A stretch of DNA of 64,000 bases. Origin: an uncultured Candidatus Rokubacteria bacterium (GTDB lineage Bacteria; Methylomirabilota; Methylomirabilia; Rokubacteriales; CSP1-6). Where the stretch lies: the NCBI GenBank assembly GCA_963789955.1, contig CAWBMV010000034.1, positions 1,088,001 through 1,152,000 on the forward strand. Direction: 5' to 3'. Positions 1 through 12,552 of this stretch are shown here, in pieces (the stretch's first letter is position 1; every line of letters starts with the position of its first letter). The notes below the pieces were generated by a model that saw only the letters and a program-made list of their open reading frames with translations, was not told where the DNA came from and searched no databases. The position numbers and the translations under genes are program-made.

Positions 1-465
1 GGCGTCGACAAAGGACAGCAAGCACCGCTGCATCGTCTCGAGCACAGCCTGCATCCCTGGGTGGCGTTCGGGATCCTTCCGATCTTCGCGCTCGCCAACT
101 CCGGTGTCTCGCTGACCGGCATGTCGCCGACGAGCCTGCTGTTGCCGCTGCCCCTCGGGATAGCGCTCGGGCTCTTTGCGGGCAAGCAGCTCGGGGCCTT
201 CGCGGCGACCTGGCTCAGTGTTCGACTCGGCCTCAGCGCGCTTCCGGAGGGCGCGAGCTGGCTGCAGATGTATGGCGTGTGCGTGCTCACTGGGGTCGGG
301 TTCACCATGAGCCTCTTCATCGGAACGCTCGCGTTCGTGGACGAGGGGCAGGTCTCCGCGGTTCGCCTGGGCGTCCTCGCTGGATCCCTGTTATCGGCCG
401 TTCTCGGCTACGTGGTACTGTACGTCGCCGACGCGCGCAGTCCGAAGACGTCACGAGAGACCTGA
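1..465 (+). CDS. nhaA: Na+/H+ antiporter NhaA, C-terminal part (truncated by window start)
   Basis: Frame open from base 1; LEHSLHPWVAFGILPIFALANSGV, GKQLG and GVGFTMSLFIGTLAF motifs typical of NhaA. Confidence 0.93.
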   Translation, partial: GVDKGQQAPLHRLEHSLHPWVAFGILPIFALANSGVSLTGMSPTSLLLPLPLGIALGLFAGKQLGAFAATWLSVRLGLSALPEGASWLQMYGVCVLTGVGFTMSLFIGTLAFVDEGQVSAVRLGVLAGSLLSAVLGYVVLYVADARSPKTSRET

Positions 466-1904
466 TGTCCGAGTACAGAAAAGATAGGGGAAGAGAGATG
501 ACTCAATCGCGACCGGCTTGCCGGTACGTGGGGCCGCTGAAGTTCGTTCTGATCGGCATCGCGCTGTTGCTGACACTCGTCGGGTGCGAGCGCGGGGACG
601 CCAAGGCCAAGCAGGGCTCGGCCGCGCCGATTCCGACCGTCCTCGTCGCCGAGGTGGCCCAGCGCACCGTGCCGGTGGGCGCCGATTTCGTGGCGCGAAC
701 CGAAGGTGTTCCCACCGTCGAGATTCGGGCCCGCGTCTCGGGGGTGCTCGAGGCAGTACGGTTCCGCGAAGGGTCCGAGGTGAAGCAGGGCCAGGTCCTG
801 TTCATGATCCAGCCGGAGGAGTACAAGGCGGCGCTCCAGTCGGCGCGCGCCCAGCAAGCCAAGGCCGAGGCCGATCTCCTTCGCGCGAAGGACACCTCGA
901 TCGTGGATCGGGCTCGCGCGAGCCTCGATCAGGCAAAGGCCGATCTCGGGAAGGACCGCGCGGATGTCGCGCGCTACCGTCCGCTGGTCGAGCAGCAGGC
1001 GATTCCCAAGCAAGACCTGGACACCGCGCTGTCGCGTGAGCAGGCGTCGGCGGCTGGTGTCTCGGCGGCGGAAGCCGCCCTCAAGGACTCGATTCTCGCT
1101 CAGCGCACCGCCATCCAGCTCGCGGAGGCGGCGGTCGAGTCGGGCAAGGCTTCCGTCACTCAGGCTGATCTCAACGTCAAGTACACCGTCGTCGAATCGC
1201 CGATCAACGGCATCATCAGCAAGCTGGCCGTTGACACGGGCAACCTGGTCGGCAAGGGCGAGCCGACCTTGCTGGCCACGGTCTCGGCCGTCGATCCGAT
1301 CTACGCGGATTTCTCGATCACCGAGGCGGATTATCTGCGACTGGTCAAGCGCATACCCGGGTCTCGGTCGCGGTGAGGTGCCGCGCGACCAACCGCCCAC
1401 GTTCGATCTGATCCTGTCCGACGGGTCTGTCTTTCCGCAGAAGGGCCGGCCGGTCTTCGTCGACCGGGCGATCGACCAGAAGACCGGGACCATCCAGGTC
1501 CGGGCCGCGTTTCCCAATCCCCAGCGCGTGCTGCGCCCAGGCCAGTTCGCGCGTGTGCGGGCCGTGACGGAGGAGGTCCCGGACGCGATCCTGGTGCCGC
1601 AGGCGGCCGTGCAGGACCTGCAGGGCGCCAAGACGGTGATGGTGGTGGGCGAGGACAACAAGGTCGCGATGCGAACCCTGACACTGCGTCAGCCGTACCA
1701 GGAGTTTTACATCGTCTCGGCGGGCATCAAGCCGGGGGAGCGCGTGATCGTCGAGGGGATTCAGAAGGTGAGGCCCGGGCTGGTGGTGAAGGCCGAGCTG
1801 AAGCCTGCCTCCGCCGCAACACCGGCACCGGCTCAGCCGACCCCGGCGCCGCCGCGGCGGCACCGCCGGCACCGCCCGCGTCGAAGCCCAAGAGCGGAAG
1901 CTAG
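465..1904 (+). CDS. RND efflux periplasmic adaptor (MFP), frameshifted at ~1365 and ~1850
   Basis: Lipobox-like LVGC; VEIRARVSG, SPINGIISKLAVDTGNLV, FPNPQRVLRPGQF; C-terminus continues in ORF 964..2619; TAG 1902-1904. Start 465 or 498. Confidence 0.88.
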
Positions 1905-1911
1905 GCGAACC

Positions 1912-4900
1912 ATGGCTGAATTCTTCATCCGCCGCCCGATCGTCGCGATCGTCATCGCGATCCTCACCGTCCTGCTCGGAACGTACTCGCTCCTCAAGCT
2001 CAGCTTCGAGCAGTACCCGTTCCTCGCCCCGCCGACCATCCGGGTCACGGCCAACTATCCCGGCGCCTCGGCGGTGGCCGTCGAGCAGTCCGTGGCCACG
2101 CCGATCGAGCAGGAGGTCAACGGCGTCGACCGGATGATCTACATGAAGTCGTCGAACACGAGCGACGGCCGCATGCAGCTCGACGTGAACTTCGAGGTCG
2201 GCGTCGACCAGGACACGGCCAACGTGCTCACGCAGAACCGGGTCTCGTCGGCGCAGGCGCGCCTGCCGCAGGAGGTCGTCGCGCAGGGCGTCACCGTGAA
2301 GAAGCAGAGCCCCAGCATCCTCATGCTGATCTCGCTCTATTCGCCCGGTGGGGAGCTACGACGCGAACTTCCTGATCAACTACGCCTCGATCAACGTGCG
2401 CGACCAGATCTTGAGGATCCCCGGTATCGCGCAGGTCGATCTCTTCGGCGGCACCGACTACGGCCTGCGCGTCTGGATCCGGCCCGACAAGCTCGCCAAG
2501 CTGGGCATCACGCCGTCCGACGTGATCTCGGCGATCAAGGAGCAGAACCTACAGGCTCCGGCGGGTCGGGTCGGCGCAGGCCCCGACACCAGCCGATCAG
2601 GCGTTCACCTTCACGGTGAGCGCGCCCGGACGACTCGTCACGGCCGAGGAGTTCGAGAACATCATCATCCGCGAGGCCTCGACCGGGCATCCGGTGCGCA
2701 TCAAGGACGTGGGACGCGCCGAGCTCGGCAGCCAGGACTACAACTCGTTCGGCCGGCTCAACGGCAAGGCGTCGGGCGCGATGGCGGTCTATCTGCTCCC
2801 CGGCGCGAACCAGCTCCAGGCGGCCGAGACGATCTACAAGACCATGGCCACGCCAAGACGGCTCTTCCCGCCGGACCTGGACTACACGATCGTGTACGAC
2901 ACGACGCCCGCCGTCCAGGCCTCGATCCACGAGATCGTGAAGACCTTCGTCGAGGCGCTGATCCTGGTCACGCTCGTCGTGTTCATCTTCCTGCAGAATC
3001 TGCGCGCGACGATCATCCCGCTGCTGACGGTGCCGGTCTCCATCGTCGGCACCTTCATCTTCTTCCCGCTGCTGGGCTTCTCGGTCAACACGCTGTCGAT
3101 GTTCGGGCTCGTGCTCGCGATCGGCATCGTGGTCGACGACGCGATCGTCGTCGTCGAGGCGGTCATGCACCACATCGAGCACGGCATGAGCCCGCGCGAC
3201 GCGACCGCCCAGGCCATGAAGGAAGTGTCGGCGCCGGTCATCGGCATCGCGCTGATCCTTTCGGCCGTCTTCATTCCGGTCGCCTTCATCAGCGGCCTCA
3301 CCGGGCGCATGTACCAGCAGTTCGCGCTCACGATCGCGATCTCGGTGCTGCTCTCGGCCTTCAGCGCGCTCTCGCTGTCGCCCGCGCTCGCGGCGATGCT
3401 CCTCAAGCCCGCCAAGCCGATGCGCGGCCCGCTCGGCGCGTTCTTCCGCGGGTTCAACAAGGTGTTCGACAAGGCGACCACGGGCTACATCGGCCTGGCC
3501 CAGCACCTCATCCGCCGCGGCGTGATCACGATCGTGATCATCGGTCGTGGTGATCGCGGGGGTCGCGGTCCTGGGTCGCGCGCTGCCGGCCGGGTTCATT
3601 CCCGACGAGGACCAGGGGCTCTTCGGCGTCAACGTGCAGCTCCCGCCGGGCGCCTCGCTCGAGCGGACGAGCGCGGTGCTCCGCAAGGTCGAGGAGATGC
3701 TCAAGAAGGTCGACGGCGTCGAGTCGTTCCAGACGATCGGCGGCTACGGCGCGGTCACCAGCACCTACCAGCCGAACTTCGGGAGTATCTTCGTGCGTCT
3801 CAAGCCGTGGGAGGAGCGGCACAGCGAGTCGCTCCACGTGCTCGGCATCATGCGCCGCATGGCGGTGCAGCTGGCGGCGATTCCGGAGGCGATCGCGTTC
3901 CCGTTCAACATCCCGACCATCTCCGGCTTCGGCGCGTCGGCGGGCTTCAACTTCCTGCTTCAGGACCGGAGCGGCTCGCTGAGCGTCGAGGAGCTCGGCG
4001 CCAAGACGCGCGACTTCCTGACGGCCGCGCGGCAGCGGCCCGAGTTCGCCTCGCTCTTCACGGCGTTCGATCCCACCTATCCGCAAGTCAGGGTCGAGCT
4101 CGATCGCGAGAAGGCGCGCACGCTCGGTGTGCCCGTGAACGAGGTGTTCCAGGCGATGTCGACGTCGATGGGCGGCACCTACGTGAACGACTTCAACCGC
4201 TTCGGACGTCTCTACCGGGTCTACGTCCAGGCCGAGGCCGACTACCGCCGGAAGCCGTCGGACATCGGTGACGTCTACGTCCGCAGCAAGACGACCAACA
4301 CGATGATCCCGCTCTCGACGCTCGTCACCATCACGTCGGCGACCGGGGACGGAGATCACGACACGCTTCAACCTGCTGCGGTCGGTCGAGATCAACGGCG
4401 CGCCCGCGCGCGGCGTGAGCTCCGGGCAGGCGCTGGCCGCGCTCGAGGACGTCTTCAAGCAGACGATGCCCAAGGAAATGGGCTTCGCCTACTCGTCGCT
4501 GTCGTATCAGGAGAAGGTCGCGCCGCCCGCGGCGCCGACGTTCGTCCTCGCGATCGTGTTCGTCTTCCTGCTGCTGGCGGCGATGTACGAGAGCTGGCGC
4601 CTGCCGTGGGCCGTGCTGCTCGGCTCGCCGCTGGTGGCGCTCGGCGCCTTCCTCGGCGTGTGGCTCACCGGCTACGACAACAACGTCTACGTGCAGATCG
4701 GCCTGATCATGCTCGTCGGGCTCGCCGCCAAGAACGCGATCCTGATCGTCGAGTTCGCGAAGGCCAAGCACGAGGAGGGCCAGTCGCTCGAGGAGGCCGC
4801 GCTGACGTCCGCGCGGCTGCGCTTCCGGCCGATCTTGATGACGGCGTTCGCCTTCATCCTCGGCGTCGTGCCGCTGATGCTGGCGAGCGGGGCGGGCGCG

Positions 4901-5093
4901 GGCGCCCAGAACGTCATGGGCACCGCGGTGTTCTGGGGGATGCTGATCGCCACCGGGCTCGGCGTGTTCCTGATTCCCGGCAACTTCACCTTCGTCGAGG
5001 GGCTCGGGCGAAAGGGCGCGCCGGCGAAGACAACCCGTGGCGCAGCGCCCGGCGCGCCGGCGCCCGTGCCGGGGACGGCGGCAGCACGCATGA
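1912..5093 (+). CDS. RND efflux permease (HAE1/AcrB family), split by about 5 indels
   Basis: MAEFFIRRPIVAIVIAI start; GIVVDDAIVVVE, GLAAKNAILIVEFA and RFRPILMT motifs spread over ORFs 964, 2348, 2616, 3547 and 4415. Confidence 0.92.
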
Positions 5094-6562
5094 AATCTCG
5101 GACGCGCTTCTGCCTCGCGGCGCTCCTGCTCGCCGCTTGCACGGTGGGACCGGACTACAAGACGGCCCGAGCTCTCGACCCCGCCGACTTCCGCGGACCG
5201 CGCGCCGGACGCCCCGCCGAGCGCCGAGTCACTGGGGGACATCGCCTGGTGGCTGATCTTCCAGGACGAGACGCTGCAGTCGCTGATCCGCACGGCGCTC
5301 GTCGAGAACTACGACGTGCGCGTGGCCGCCGCGCGCGTCCTCGACGCGCGGGCGCGGGTCACGATCGAGCGATCGTTCCAGTTCCCGGACGTCAGCGCGT
5401 CCGCGAGCGCGCCGTACGTCCGGCTCTCCGGCGATCGCGCGCCGAGCCAGGAGGCGGAGACCTTCAGCCCCCTGGGGACGCTCGACCTCTCCTGGGAGAT
5501 CGACCTGTGGGGCCGCTTGCGGCGGTCCACGGAAGCGGCCCGGGCCGACCTGCTGGCCTCGGACGAGGCGCGGCGGTTCGTGATCAGCACCCTGGTGAGC
5601 GACCTCGCGACCGCGTACATGCAGCTCCGCGAGCTCGACCTGGAGCTGGAGATCTCCCGCCGGACGCTGGCGGCACGGCAGGACTCCCTCCGGCTCGTGA
5701 AGCTCCGGGAAGAGGGCGCCGTGGCGGCCATGATCGACGTGCGCCAGGCCGAGGTCCTCGTCTACACCGCAGCCGAGACCATCCCGGACGTCGAGCGCCG
5801 CATCGAGCAGACGGAGAACCTGATCAGCCTCCTGCTCGGGCGGAGCCCGGATGCGGTGCCGCGGGGCCGCCCGCTGCTCCAGCAGATCGCGCCCCCCGCC
5901 GTGCCGGCCGGGCTGCCGTCCAGCCTTCTCGAGCGCCGGCCGGACATCCGGCAGGCCGAGAGGCCAGCTCGCGGCCGCCACCGCTCGGATCGGTGTCGCC
6001 AAGGCGGACTACTTCCCGCGGGTCCTCCTCACGGGCTCGGCCGGGGGTGGGAGCGTGATGGTGGGCGGGAACTGGTTCGGCCCCACCGCGGTCCTCGGCA
6101 TCGGACCCCAGGTCACGCTGCCGATCTTCAACATGGGCCGGATCGGCGCCGGCGTGGCCTCGGCCGAGGCGCAAGCGCAGGAGGCGCTGGTTCGCTACCA
6201 GCAGGCGATCCAGCAGGCGTTCCGCGAGGTCTCGGACGCCGCTCGTCGAGCACCGCAAGCGGCAGGAGTTCCGCGTCCAGCAGGAGGGGCTCGTCGACTC
6301 GCTGCGCGATGCGGCCCGGCTGTCGGACATCCGCTACCGCGGCGGCGTGACGAGCTACCTCGAGGTGCTGGACACCGAGCGCCAGCTCTTCGACGCCGAG
6401 CTGAGTCTGGCGCGGACTCAGCGCGACGAGCTGCTCGCGGTCGTGCTGCTCTACCGCGCGCTCGGGGGCGGCTGGATGGTCGAGCAGCCTCCGGCGGCAT
6501 CGGCTCAGGAGCAGGGCGGCGAGACGGTGGTGGTCAACGATCGGAGAGGAGGATCGCGATGA
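5090..6562 (+). CDS. Outer-membrane efflux lipoprotein (NodT/OprM family), frameshifted
   Basis: Lipobox LLLAAC-TVGPDY; WEIDLWGRLRR, PSSLLERRPDIRQAE, YLEVLDTER and LYRALGGGW motifs. Confidence 0.9.
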
Positions 6563-6637
6563 GCGCGAGATACATCCGACCCTCCGTCACGAGCTGGCCG
6601 ACAAGATCCTGCTGGTGAAGTCGGCGGCCCGGTTCAG

Positions 6638-9094
6638 GTGATCAACCGGACGTATCGGACCACCGCGCTCGCGCTCCTCGCGTGCGCGCTTCTTCTCGCG
6701 GGTGCGCCGGCCTCGCCGGTGGATGCCCAGGCGCCGCCTCCCGCGCGCCCGGAGCAGAAGGTCACCGCCGATGCGCCGCCGGCGATTCCCATTGCCGAGG
6801 TCGCGCGGCGGGCCGACGAGGTCGGCGCTTTCCTGCGTTCGCTGGACGAGCAGCTTCCGGCAAGCCCGCAGATGAAGCGGATCGAGCAGGAGCTGCCGCC
6901 GCTGAGCGAGCGCCTCGCCGATCGCTTCGAGCAGACGCAGCAGACCATCGGGTCGCGGCATGCACTCGGGACCCTGGACGCCCTGATGGATTTCTGGCGC
7001 TCGAGCCGTGGCGGTCTGTCGGCCTGGTTGGCGACCGTGACCGAGCGGGCGGACTGGCTCGAGCAGCAACGCGCGGAGCTAGCGAAGCTGACGGCTACAT
7101 GGGCGCGGACACGAACGGAGGTTCGTTCGGCGAAGGCGCCGCCGGAGCTCTCCCAGCGGATCATGGATGTCATGGCCGCGCTGGTCGGCGCGCAGGCGCG
7201 TGTCGAAGCGGAGCGCGCCGCGACGCTTGTGCTGCAGGACCGCGTCGCACGGGAGCTGACGCGCATCGACGGCGTGCTGGCCCAGATCGCCCAGGCCAGA
7301 CGGCAGGCCGCCGGCGGCCTCCTCGTGCGGGACAGCCCGCCGATCTGGCGCGCCCAGATTCCTCCGCCGGGCTCTCGCCCGCCGATCGGAATAACGCTCG
7401 CGACGGTGGCCGCAACGGTGCGCGGCTTCGTCGAGGAGCATTCCGATCGAATCGCGCTTCACCTGGCGGGGCTCCTGACGCTCGTCGTGGTGCTCTGGTG
7501 GGCCCGCAGTCGCGCACGCCAGCTACCGGCCCCCGAAGGGAGCGCAACGTCGCCGGCCATCGCGCTGGATCAGCCGGTGGCGGCCGCCCTCGTGCTGGGC
7601 ATGCTGGCGGCGTTCTGGATCTATGCGGAGGAGCCACGGACGGCCCGGCTCATCGTCGAGATCGGCGTGTTTCCCCCGATGGTGCTGATCTTGCGCCAAC
7701 TGGTGACGCCGCCGATGCGTCCGGCGCTCTATATCATGGCGGCATTCTTCCCGGTCGACGTCGTGCGCGATGTCCTGGTTCAGCGACCATTGCTCGAGCG
7801 CGCACTGTTTTTGCTGGAAATGCTGACGGCTGCCGCCTTGCTGAGCTGGTTCATCCGGTCGGGGCGTCCGGACGAGCTGATCGTCGCCAGCGGGGGATCG
7901 GCGTCGGCGCGCGTGCGCAAGGATTTGTTCAAGCTGGCGCTGACGGGGGTCCTGGTCGCGCTGGTGGCCGACATCGTCGGCAACGTGAGCCTGGCGCGGC
8001 TGATTGGATCGGGCGTCCTCTCGAGCGGCTATCTCGCGATGGTGCTCATCGCCGGACGTCGATTGGCGGAAGGGCTCGTCACGTTCACGTTGCGAGTCAG
8101 GCCGCTGGTCCGGCTCCGCATGGTCGCAAACCACGGTGCCCACCTCGAGCGACGCGCTCAGCGATGGCTGCGCATGCTCAGTGCGATCGTGTGGGTTATC
8201 GCGACGCTCGACTACTTCGGCCTGCTCATGCCGTCCGTCGCGCTCGCTCGACAGGTCCTCGATGCACGCCTCTCGATCGGGGCGCTCAGTCTCGCGCTCG
8301 GAGATTTCCTGGCGTTCGTGTTGACCGTGTACCTCGCGTCGGTCCTCTCGTCTCTGATCGAGTTCGTGCTCGCGGAGGATGTATTCCCGCGATTGAGCCT
8401 CCGCCCCGGCTTACCGTATGCCCTCTCGCGCCTCATCAAGTACGCGATCGTCTCGGTCGGGTTCTTCGTGGCCCTCCTCGCGCTCGGCGTGAATCTCAAT
8501 CGGGTGACCGTGCTCGGCGGCGCGCTGGGCATCGGCGTCGGCTTCGGCCTTCAGAACATCGTCAACAACTTCGTTTCGGGCCTGATCTTGCTGTTCGAGC
8601 GACCGGTCCGCGTGGGCGACGCCGTCCAGATCGGCGACGTTCAAGGCGAGGTGCGCCGGATCGGCATCCGGGCCACCACGGTGCGCGCGTGGGAGGGCGC
8701 CGAGGTCATCGTGCCGAACTCGCAGCTCGTGGCGGAGCGCGTCACGAACTGGACGCCAGCGGATTACCGGCGGCGCCTCGACATTCCTGTGAACGTCGCC
8801 TACGGCAGCGCGCCGGACAAGGTGATCCAGGTGCTGACCGAGGTCGCCCAGAGCCATCCCGACGTCGTCGCCTCACCGGTTCCGGTCGCGCTGTTCCTGG
8901 GTTTCGGGGATAGCGCGCTCCAGTTTCAGCTCCGGGCGTGGACGAGTCGGCTCGACCGGCACCTCATGGTCAGGAGCGAGCTCGGCGTCGCCGTCTACGC
9001 CGCGCTCCGGGATGCGGGGTTCTCGATTCCGTTTCCGCAGCAGGAAGTCCGAATTCATCCCCCGGCGCTGCCGCCTGAATCGGGTGGGCGCTAG
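6638..9094 (+). CDS. Large mechanosensitive channel, MscS family (MscK-like); true start may be ATG 6559 with an indel
   Basis: Signal peptide, coiled-coil, multiple TM helices, GIGVGFGLQNIVNNFVSGLILLFERPVRVGD, IPFPQ; strong [12 protein letters not shown] before 6559. Confidence 0.9.
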   Translation: MINRTYRTTALALLACALLLAGAPASPVDAQAPPPARPEQKVTADAPPAIPIAEVARRADEVGAFLRSLDEQLPASPQMKRIEQELPPLSERLADRFEQTQQTIGSRHALGTLDALMDFWRSSRGGLSAWLATVTERADWLEQQRAELAKLTATWARTRTEVRSAKAPPELSQRIMDVMAALVGAQARVEAERAATLVLQDRVARELTRIDGVLAQIAQARRQAAGGLLVRDSPPIWRAQIPPPGSRPPIGITLATVAATVRGFVEEHSDRIALHLAGLLTLVVVLWWARSRARQLPAPEGSATSPAIALDQPVAAALVLGMLAAFWIYAEEPRTARLIVEIGVFPPMVLILRQLVTPPMRPALYIMAAFFPVDVVRDVLVQRPLLERALFLLEMLTAAALLSWFIRSGRPDELIVASGGSASARVRKDLFKLALTGVLVALVADIVGNVSLARLIGSGVLSSGYLAMVLIAGRRLAEGLVTFTLRVRPLVRLRMVANHGAHLERRAQRWLRMLSAIVWVIATLDYFGLLMPSVALARQVLDARLSIGALSLALGDFLAFVLTVYLASVLSSLIEFVLAEDVFPRLSLRPGLPYALSRLIKYAIVSVGFFVALLALGVNLNRVTVLGGALGIGVGFGLQNIVNNFVSGLILLFERPVRVGDAVQIGDVQGEVRRIGIRATTVRAWEGAEVIVPNSQLVAERVTNWTPADYRRRLDIPVNVAYGSAPDKVIQVLTEVAQSHPDVVASPVPVALFLGFGDSALQFQLRAWTSRLDRHLMVRSELGVAVYAALRDAGFSIPFPQQEVRIHPPALPPESGGR

Positions 9095-9144
9095 GACCGA
9101 CCGGCGGGATCGACTCCGTCCCCGGTTACGCCCAGCGTCCCGCG

Positions 9145-10407
9145 ATGGATGAACACGGTGTCGTTGTTCCGCTCGTCGGTGTCCTCGAGCTCTTGCTGCT
9201 CGCGTCGCTGTCCGCCGTGGCGTTCAGGCGCATTCGATTTCCCTACACGATAGGTCTGGTCATCGTCGGCGCCGTCCTGGCGGTCGCCGAAAACCATCTC
9301 GATCTCCACTTCCTCGAGCCCATGCGGCACATTCGACTCACGCCCGAGGTCGTTCTGTATCTCTTCATTCCGACCCTGGTCTTCCCGGCGGCGGTGCGAC
9401 TCGACTTGCCATTGCTCAAACAGAATGTGTATCCGATCCTCCTGCTGGCACTTCCCGGTCTGGTCGTGTCAACCCTCATCGTGGGCGGCATCGTGGGAGC
9501 GATGACGCCGCTTGCCTGGAGCACGGCCATGCTGTTCGGAGCGTTGATCTCGGCGACCGATCCGGTTGCCGTGGTCGCACTCTTCGAGGAGCTGAAGGTT
9601 TCAGGCCGTCTGTCCGTCGTGGTCGAAGGCGAGAGCCTGTTCAACGACGCCGCCGCAATGGTGCTATTCGCGAGTATTCTCTCGGCGATCAGTTCGGACA
9701 CTCACGGACCGGTGCTCTTGGCTCAGGGGGTCGTGAGCTTCGTCTGGGTGTCTCTGGGAGGGCTCGGCGTCGGCGCGGTCGCCGCTGCTCTCTATACCGC
9801 GCTGGTGCGCTTCGCCGAGGACGACCCCTTGATCGAGATCGCCCTGTCGATGGTGCTGGCGTACACGGCCTTCGCGGTCGCCGACCACTATCTCGGTGTC
9901 TCCGGAATCCTGGCCGTGGTCGCGGCGGGCTTGGTGGTTCGTCGTCTGCGCTCGGGCCATTTCGAGAACGCCACAAAGGCGCGGCCCTATCTGCGGCACT
10001 ACTGGAGCTACGCCGAATTCGTCGCGAACAGCTTCGTTTTCGTGTTTCTGGGAATCGGCGCCGACACGTTTCTCAATCGCTTGCGAGACGCGAGCCTGAT
10101 GGACATGAGGTACCTCGTCTACGCCGTCGTGGCCGTCATCGTGGCCCGCCTCGTCGTCGTCTATGGGTTCGCCGGCGTCTTCAACAGATGCACGAGCGCC
10201 GAGCGGATCGATTGGCGCAATCAGACCATCATCTTCTGGGGTGGAGGGATGCGCGGGGCTCTTCCGCTGGTCATGGTTCTCAGCCTCCCGGCAAGCTTCG
10301 CGCAGCGGCAGCTCGTGCTCGACATGACAGCCGGCGTCGTGCTGTTTACCCTGCTCGTCGCAGGCACGACGGTCGGCCGCCTTCTTCGAGCCGTTCGTTT
10401 GCCGTAA
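9145..10407 (+). CDS. CPA1-family cation:proton antiporter (NhaP-like)
   Basis: ISATDPVAV, EGESLFNDAAA and GGMRGAL motifs; about 12 TM segments. Confidence 0.9.
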   Translation: MDEHGVVVPLVGVLELLLLASLSAVAFRRIRFPYTIGLVIVGAVLAVAENHLDLHFLEPMRHIRLTPEVVLYLFIPTLVFPAAVRLDLPLLKQNVYPILLLALPGLVVSTLIVGGIVGAMTPLAWSTAMLFGALISATDPVAVVALFEELKVSGRLSVVVEGESLFNDAAAMVLFASILSAISSDTHGPVLLAQGVVSFVWVSLGGLGVGAVAAALYTALVRFAEDDPLIEIALSMVLAYTAFAVADHYLGVSGILAVVAAGLVVRRLRSGHFENATKARPYLRHYWSYAEFVANSFVFVFLGIGADTFLNRLRDASLMDMRYLVYAVVAVIVARLVVVYGFAGVFNRCTSAERIDWRNQTIIFWGGGMRGALPLVMVLSLPASFAQRQLVLDMTAGVVLFTLLVAGTTVGRLLRAVRLP

Positions 10408-10436
10408 CGTGGGGAGGACCGCACGCTGAAGGCTCG

Positions 10437-12412
10437 TCAATCGGACATCAAGAAGATGAAGGGACGCACGTCCGCCTCGGGCGTCCAGTCCCAGTAACGC
10501 AGCAGGATCGTGTAGACCATCAGCCCGGTCTCGCCCTCACCGAACAAGAGATACCGGATGGCCTGGGCCATCAGACTACGCCGAGTGAGCCCGATGAAGA
10601 CCGATATGGGGTCGATGATCTCGCTGACGTAAGCGATGGTGTTCGCGATGGCGATCGCCCCAAAAACTTCGCCAACGTAGTCGTTACCCTCCTTCCGGAG
10701 GCTGATCTCGAGTGGGGCAGAGAATTCACTGCGGTTGTCGAGCAGGTTCACGTGAAGAAACAAGAACGGCCCGCGCACGTTGTAGTGTCGGACGATCTCG
10801 GCGCGCTTCGTACGGCGCGCGTCCGCCGAGGAGCTCGGGATGGGAACCAGGTGCACTTTCTTGCCCCGCGTCTCCGGCCCCAGGCGCCAGCTCTCGACAT
10901 CCGCGAAGTAGCCGTATGGAATGCGGAACTCCACGGAGCGTACGACCGGCTCAGAGCACACCCGAGTATCAGGAGGACGGTGAAGACGGTTCCGATGATC
11001 AACCCGTCCGGGCGCTCCAGACAGTTGTCCGCCAGCGTGTAGGCGAACACTAGACAGAGGATGCCCGTGTAGGAGGCCAGCCCCCAGCGACGTTCACGCC
11101 ACAGCGCGAGCGTTGCCGCAAAGGCAGCCGACAGGATGAGCACCAGGACGCCGGTGGCATAGGCGCCGCTCTGCGCCTCGACGGAAGCGCCGAAGATCAA
11201 GGTGATGACGACATTGATGACGAACAGCACCAGCACGAGCGGCCGGGAGAGCGCGGCCCACCGCGGGGCCATCCCGAAGCGGGGCAGGTAGCGCGGAATC
11301 AGATGAAGGAGGCCGGCCATCGCCGATGCGCCGGCGAGACCGAGAATGAGAATCGTCGACACGTCGTAGACCGTGCCGAAGCCGCGGCCGAGGTAGCGGT
11401 GAGCCAGGAACGCGATGGCGCGCCCGCTCGCCTTGCCGCCCTCCGCGTAGTCGGCCGGGGCGATGAGCAGCGTGGTGACGACGCTCGAGAGAATCAACAT
11501 GCCGCTCATGATGACGGCTGCGGTCAGCAGGAGCTTGCGGGTATTGGCTACGCGCCCCATCGGCGTGCCGCCGCTGCGCGGGCTGTGCTCGCGATCCGTT
11601 TCCCCGCCGTCGATCAGCGGCATGACGGAGACGCCGGTCTCGAAGCCGCTCAGGCCCAGGGCGAGCTTCGGAAACACCAGCAAGGCTCCGGCGATCAGCA
11701 GGGGAAAGCTGCCCTGACCGGCGAGCGCGGATCGCCAGCCGGCGAGCAGGTCGGGGTGCGTGATCACCTCCTGCGCGCCACGTCCAAGGACGACGAGGTT
11801 GAGGGCGAGGTAAGGCAGGGCGGCCGCCGCCGCCAGGCCGAGGGCCTCGTTGAACCCTTTCAAGAAGACCGCCGCGAGCACGGTGAGGATCGCGAGCGTG
11901 ACGAGGATCGGGTGGTCGCCGAGCACGGGCACGAGGAATGGATTTTCGATAGCATGCTTGGCGGCGTCGGCGGCCGACAGCGTCATCGTGATCACGAAAT
12001 CGGTGGCGGCAAAGCCGAGCAGGACCAGGACGAGCAGCTTGCCCTTCCAGCCGCTGAGCAGATTCTCGAGCATGGCGATGGATCCCTGCCCAGCGTAGCT
12101 GCGCCTGGCCACTTGCGCGTAGACCGGCACAGCTCCGAGCAGCGTGACCAGGACGAGGATCACTGTGGCGATCGGCGCCACCGCCCCGGCGGCGAGCAAC
12201 GCGATGCCCGGCTGGTAGCCGAGGGTCGAGAAGTAGTCGACTCCCGTTAGCCAGATGACCTTCCACCAGGGATGAGTCACGACTTCCTGCCCGGCGTGGT
12301 CGCTCACGGGCTCCCCGCGCGACAGCCACTTCCCGACAGCGGATCGGTACTCGAGGGAGGGCTGCGGCAGCTGTTCGCGAAAGGAGATGCGCTGCGGCGC
12401 GTCCGGAGTCAT
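10437..12412 (-). CDS. APC-superfamily amino-acid transporter-like membrane protein, frameshift at ~10950
   Basis: WLTGVDYFSTLGYQPG, FPKLALGLSGFETGVSVMP and YATGVLVL motifs; soluble C-terminal tail in ORF 10437..10961; ATG 12412 follows a TATCAT -10. Confidence 0.8.
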
Positions 12413-12552
12413 ACGGGATGATAGCCGTTGCGCATATGCCGCGCGACTGGCTCGTCCGATTGGCTCCATGAGGCCGACGTTGCGGCTTTCCCGTTGCAGC
12501 CTATCGATTTCAGCGCGAAACTGAGTCGCACCACCCGCGTGAGGTAGCGACC

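Noticed and set aside
4415..6058. RND permease-outer membrane factor fusion, and MFP-permease fusion in ORF 964..2619
   Set aside because: ATGA overlap at 5090-5093 with a fresh lipoprotein signal, and a TAG at 1902 just before ATG 1912; best explained by indels
6559..6618. Short ORF ending CW-TGA as a selenoprotein or leader peptide
   Set aside because: Readthrough is not in frame with the MscS gene; more simply the true MscS start displaced by an indel
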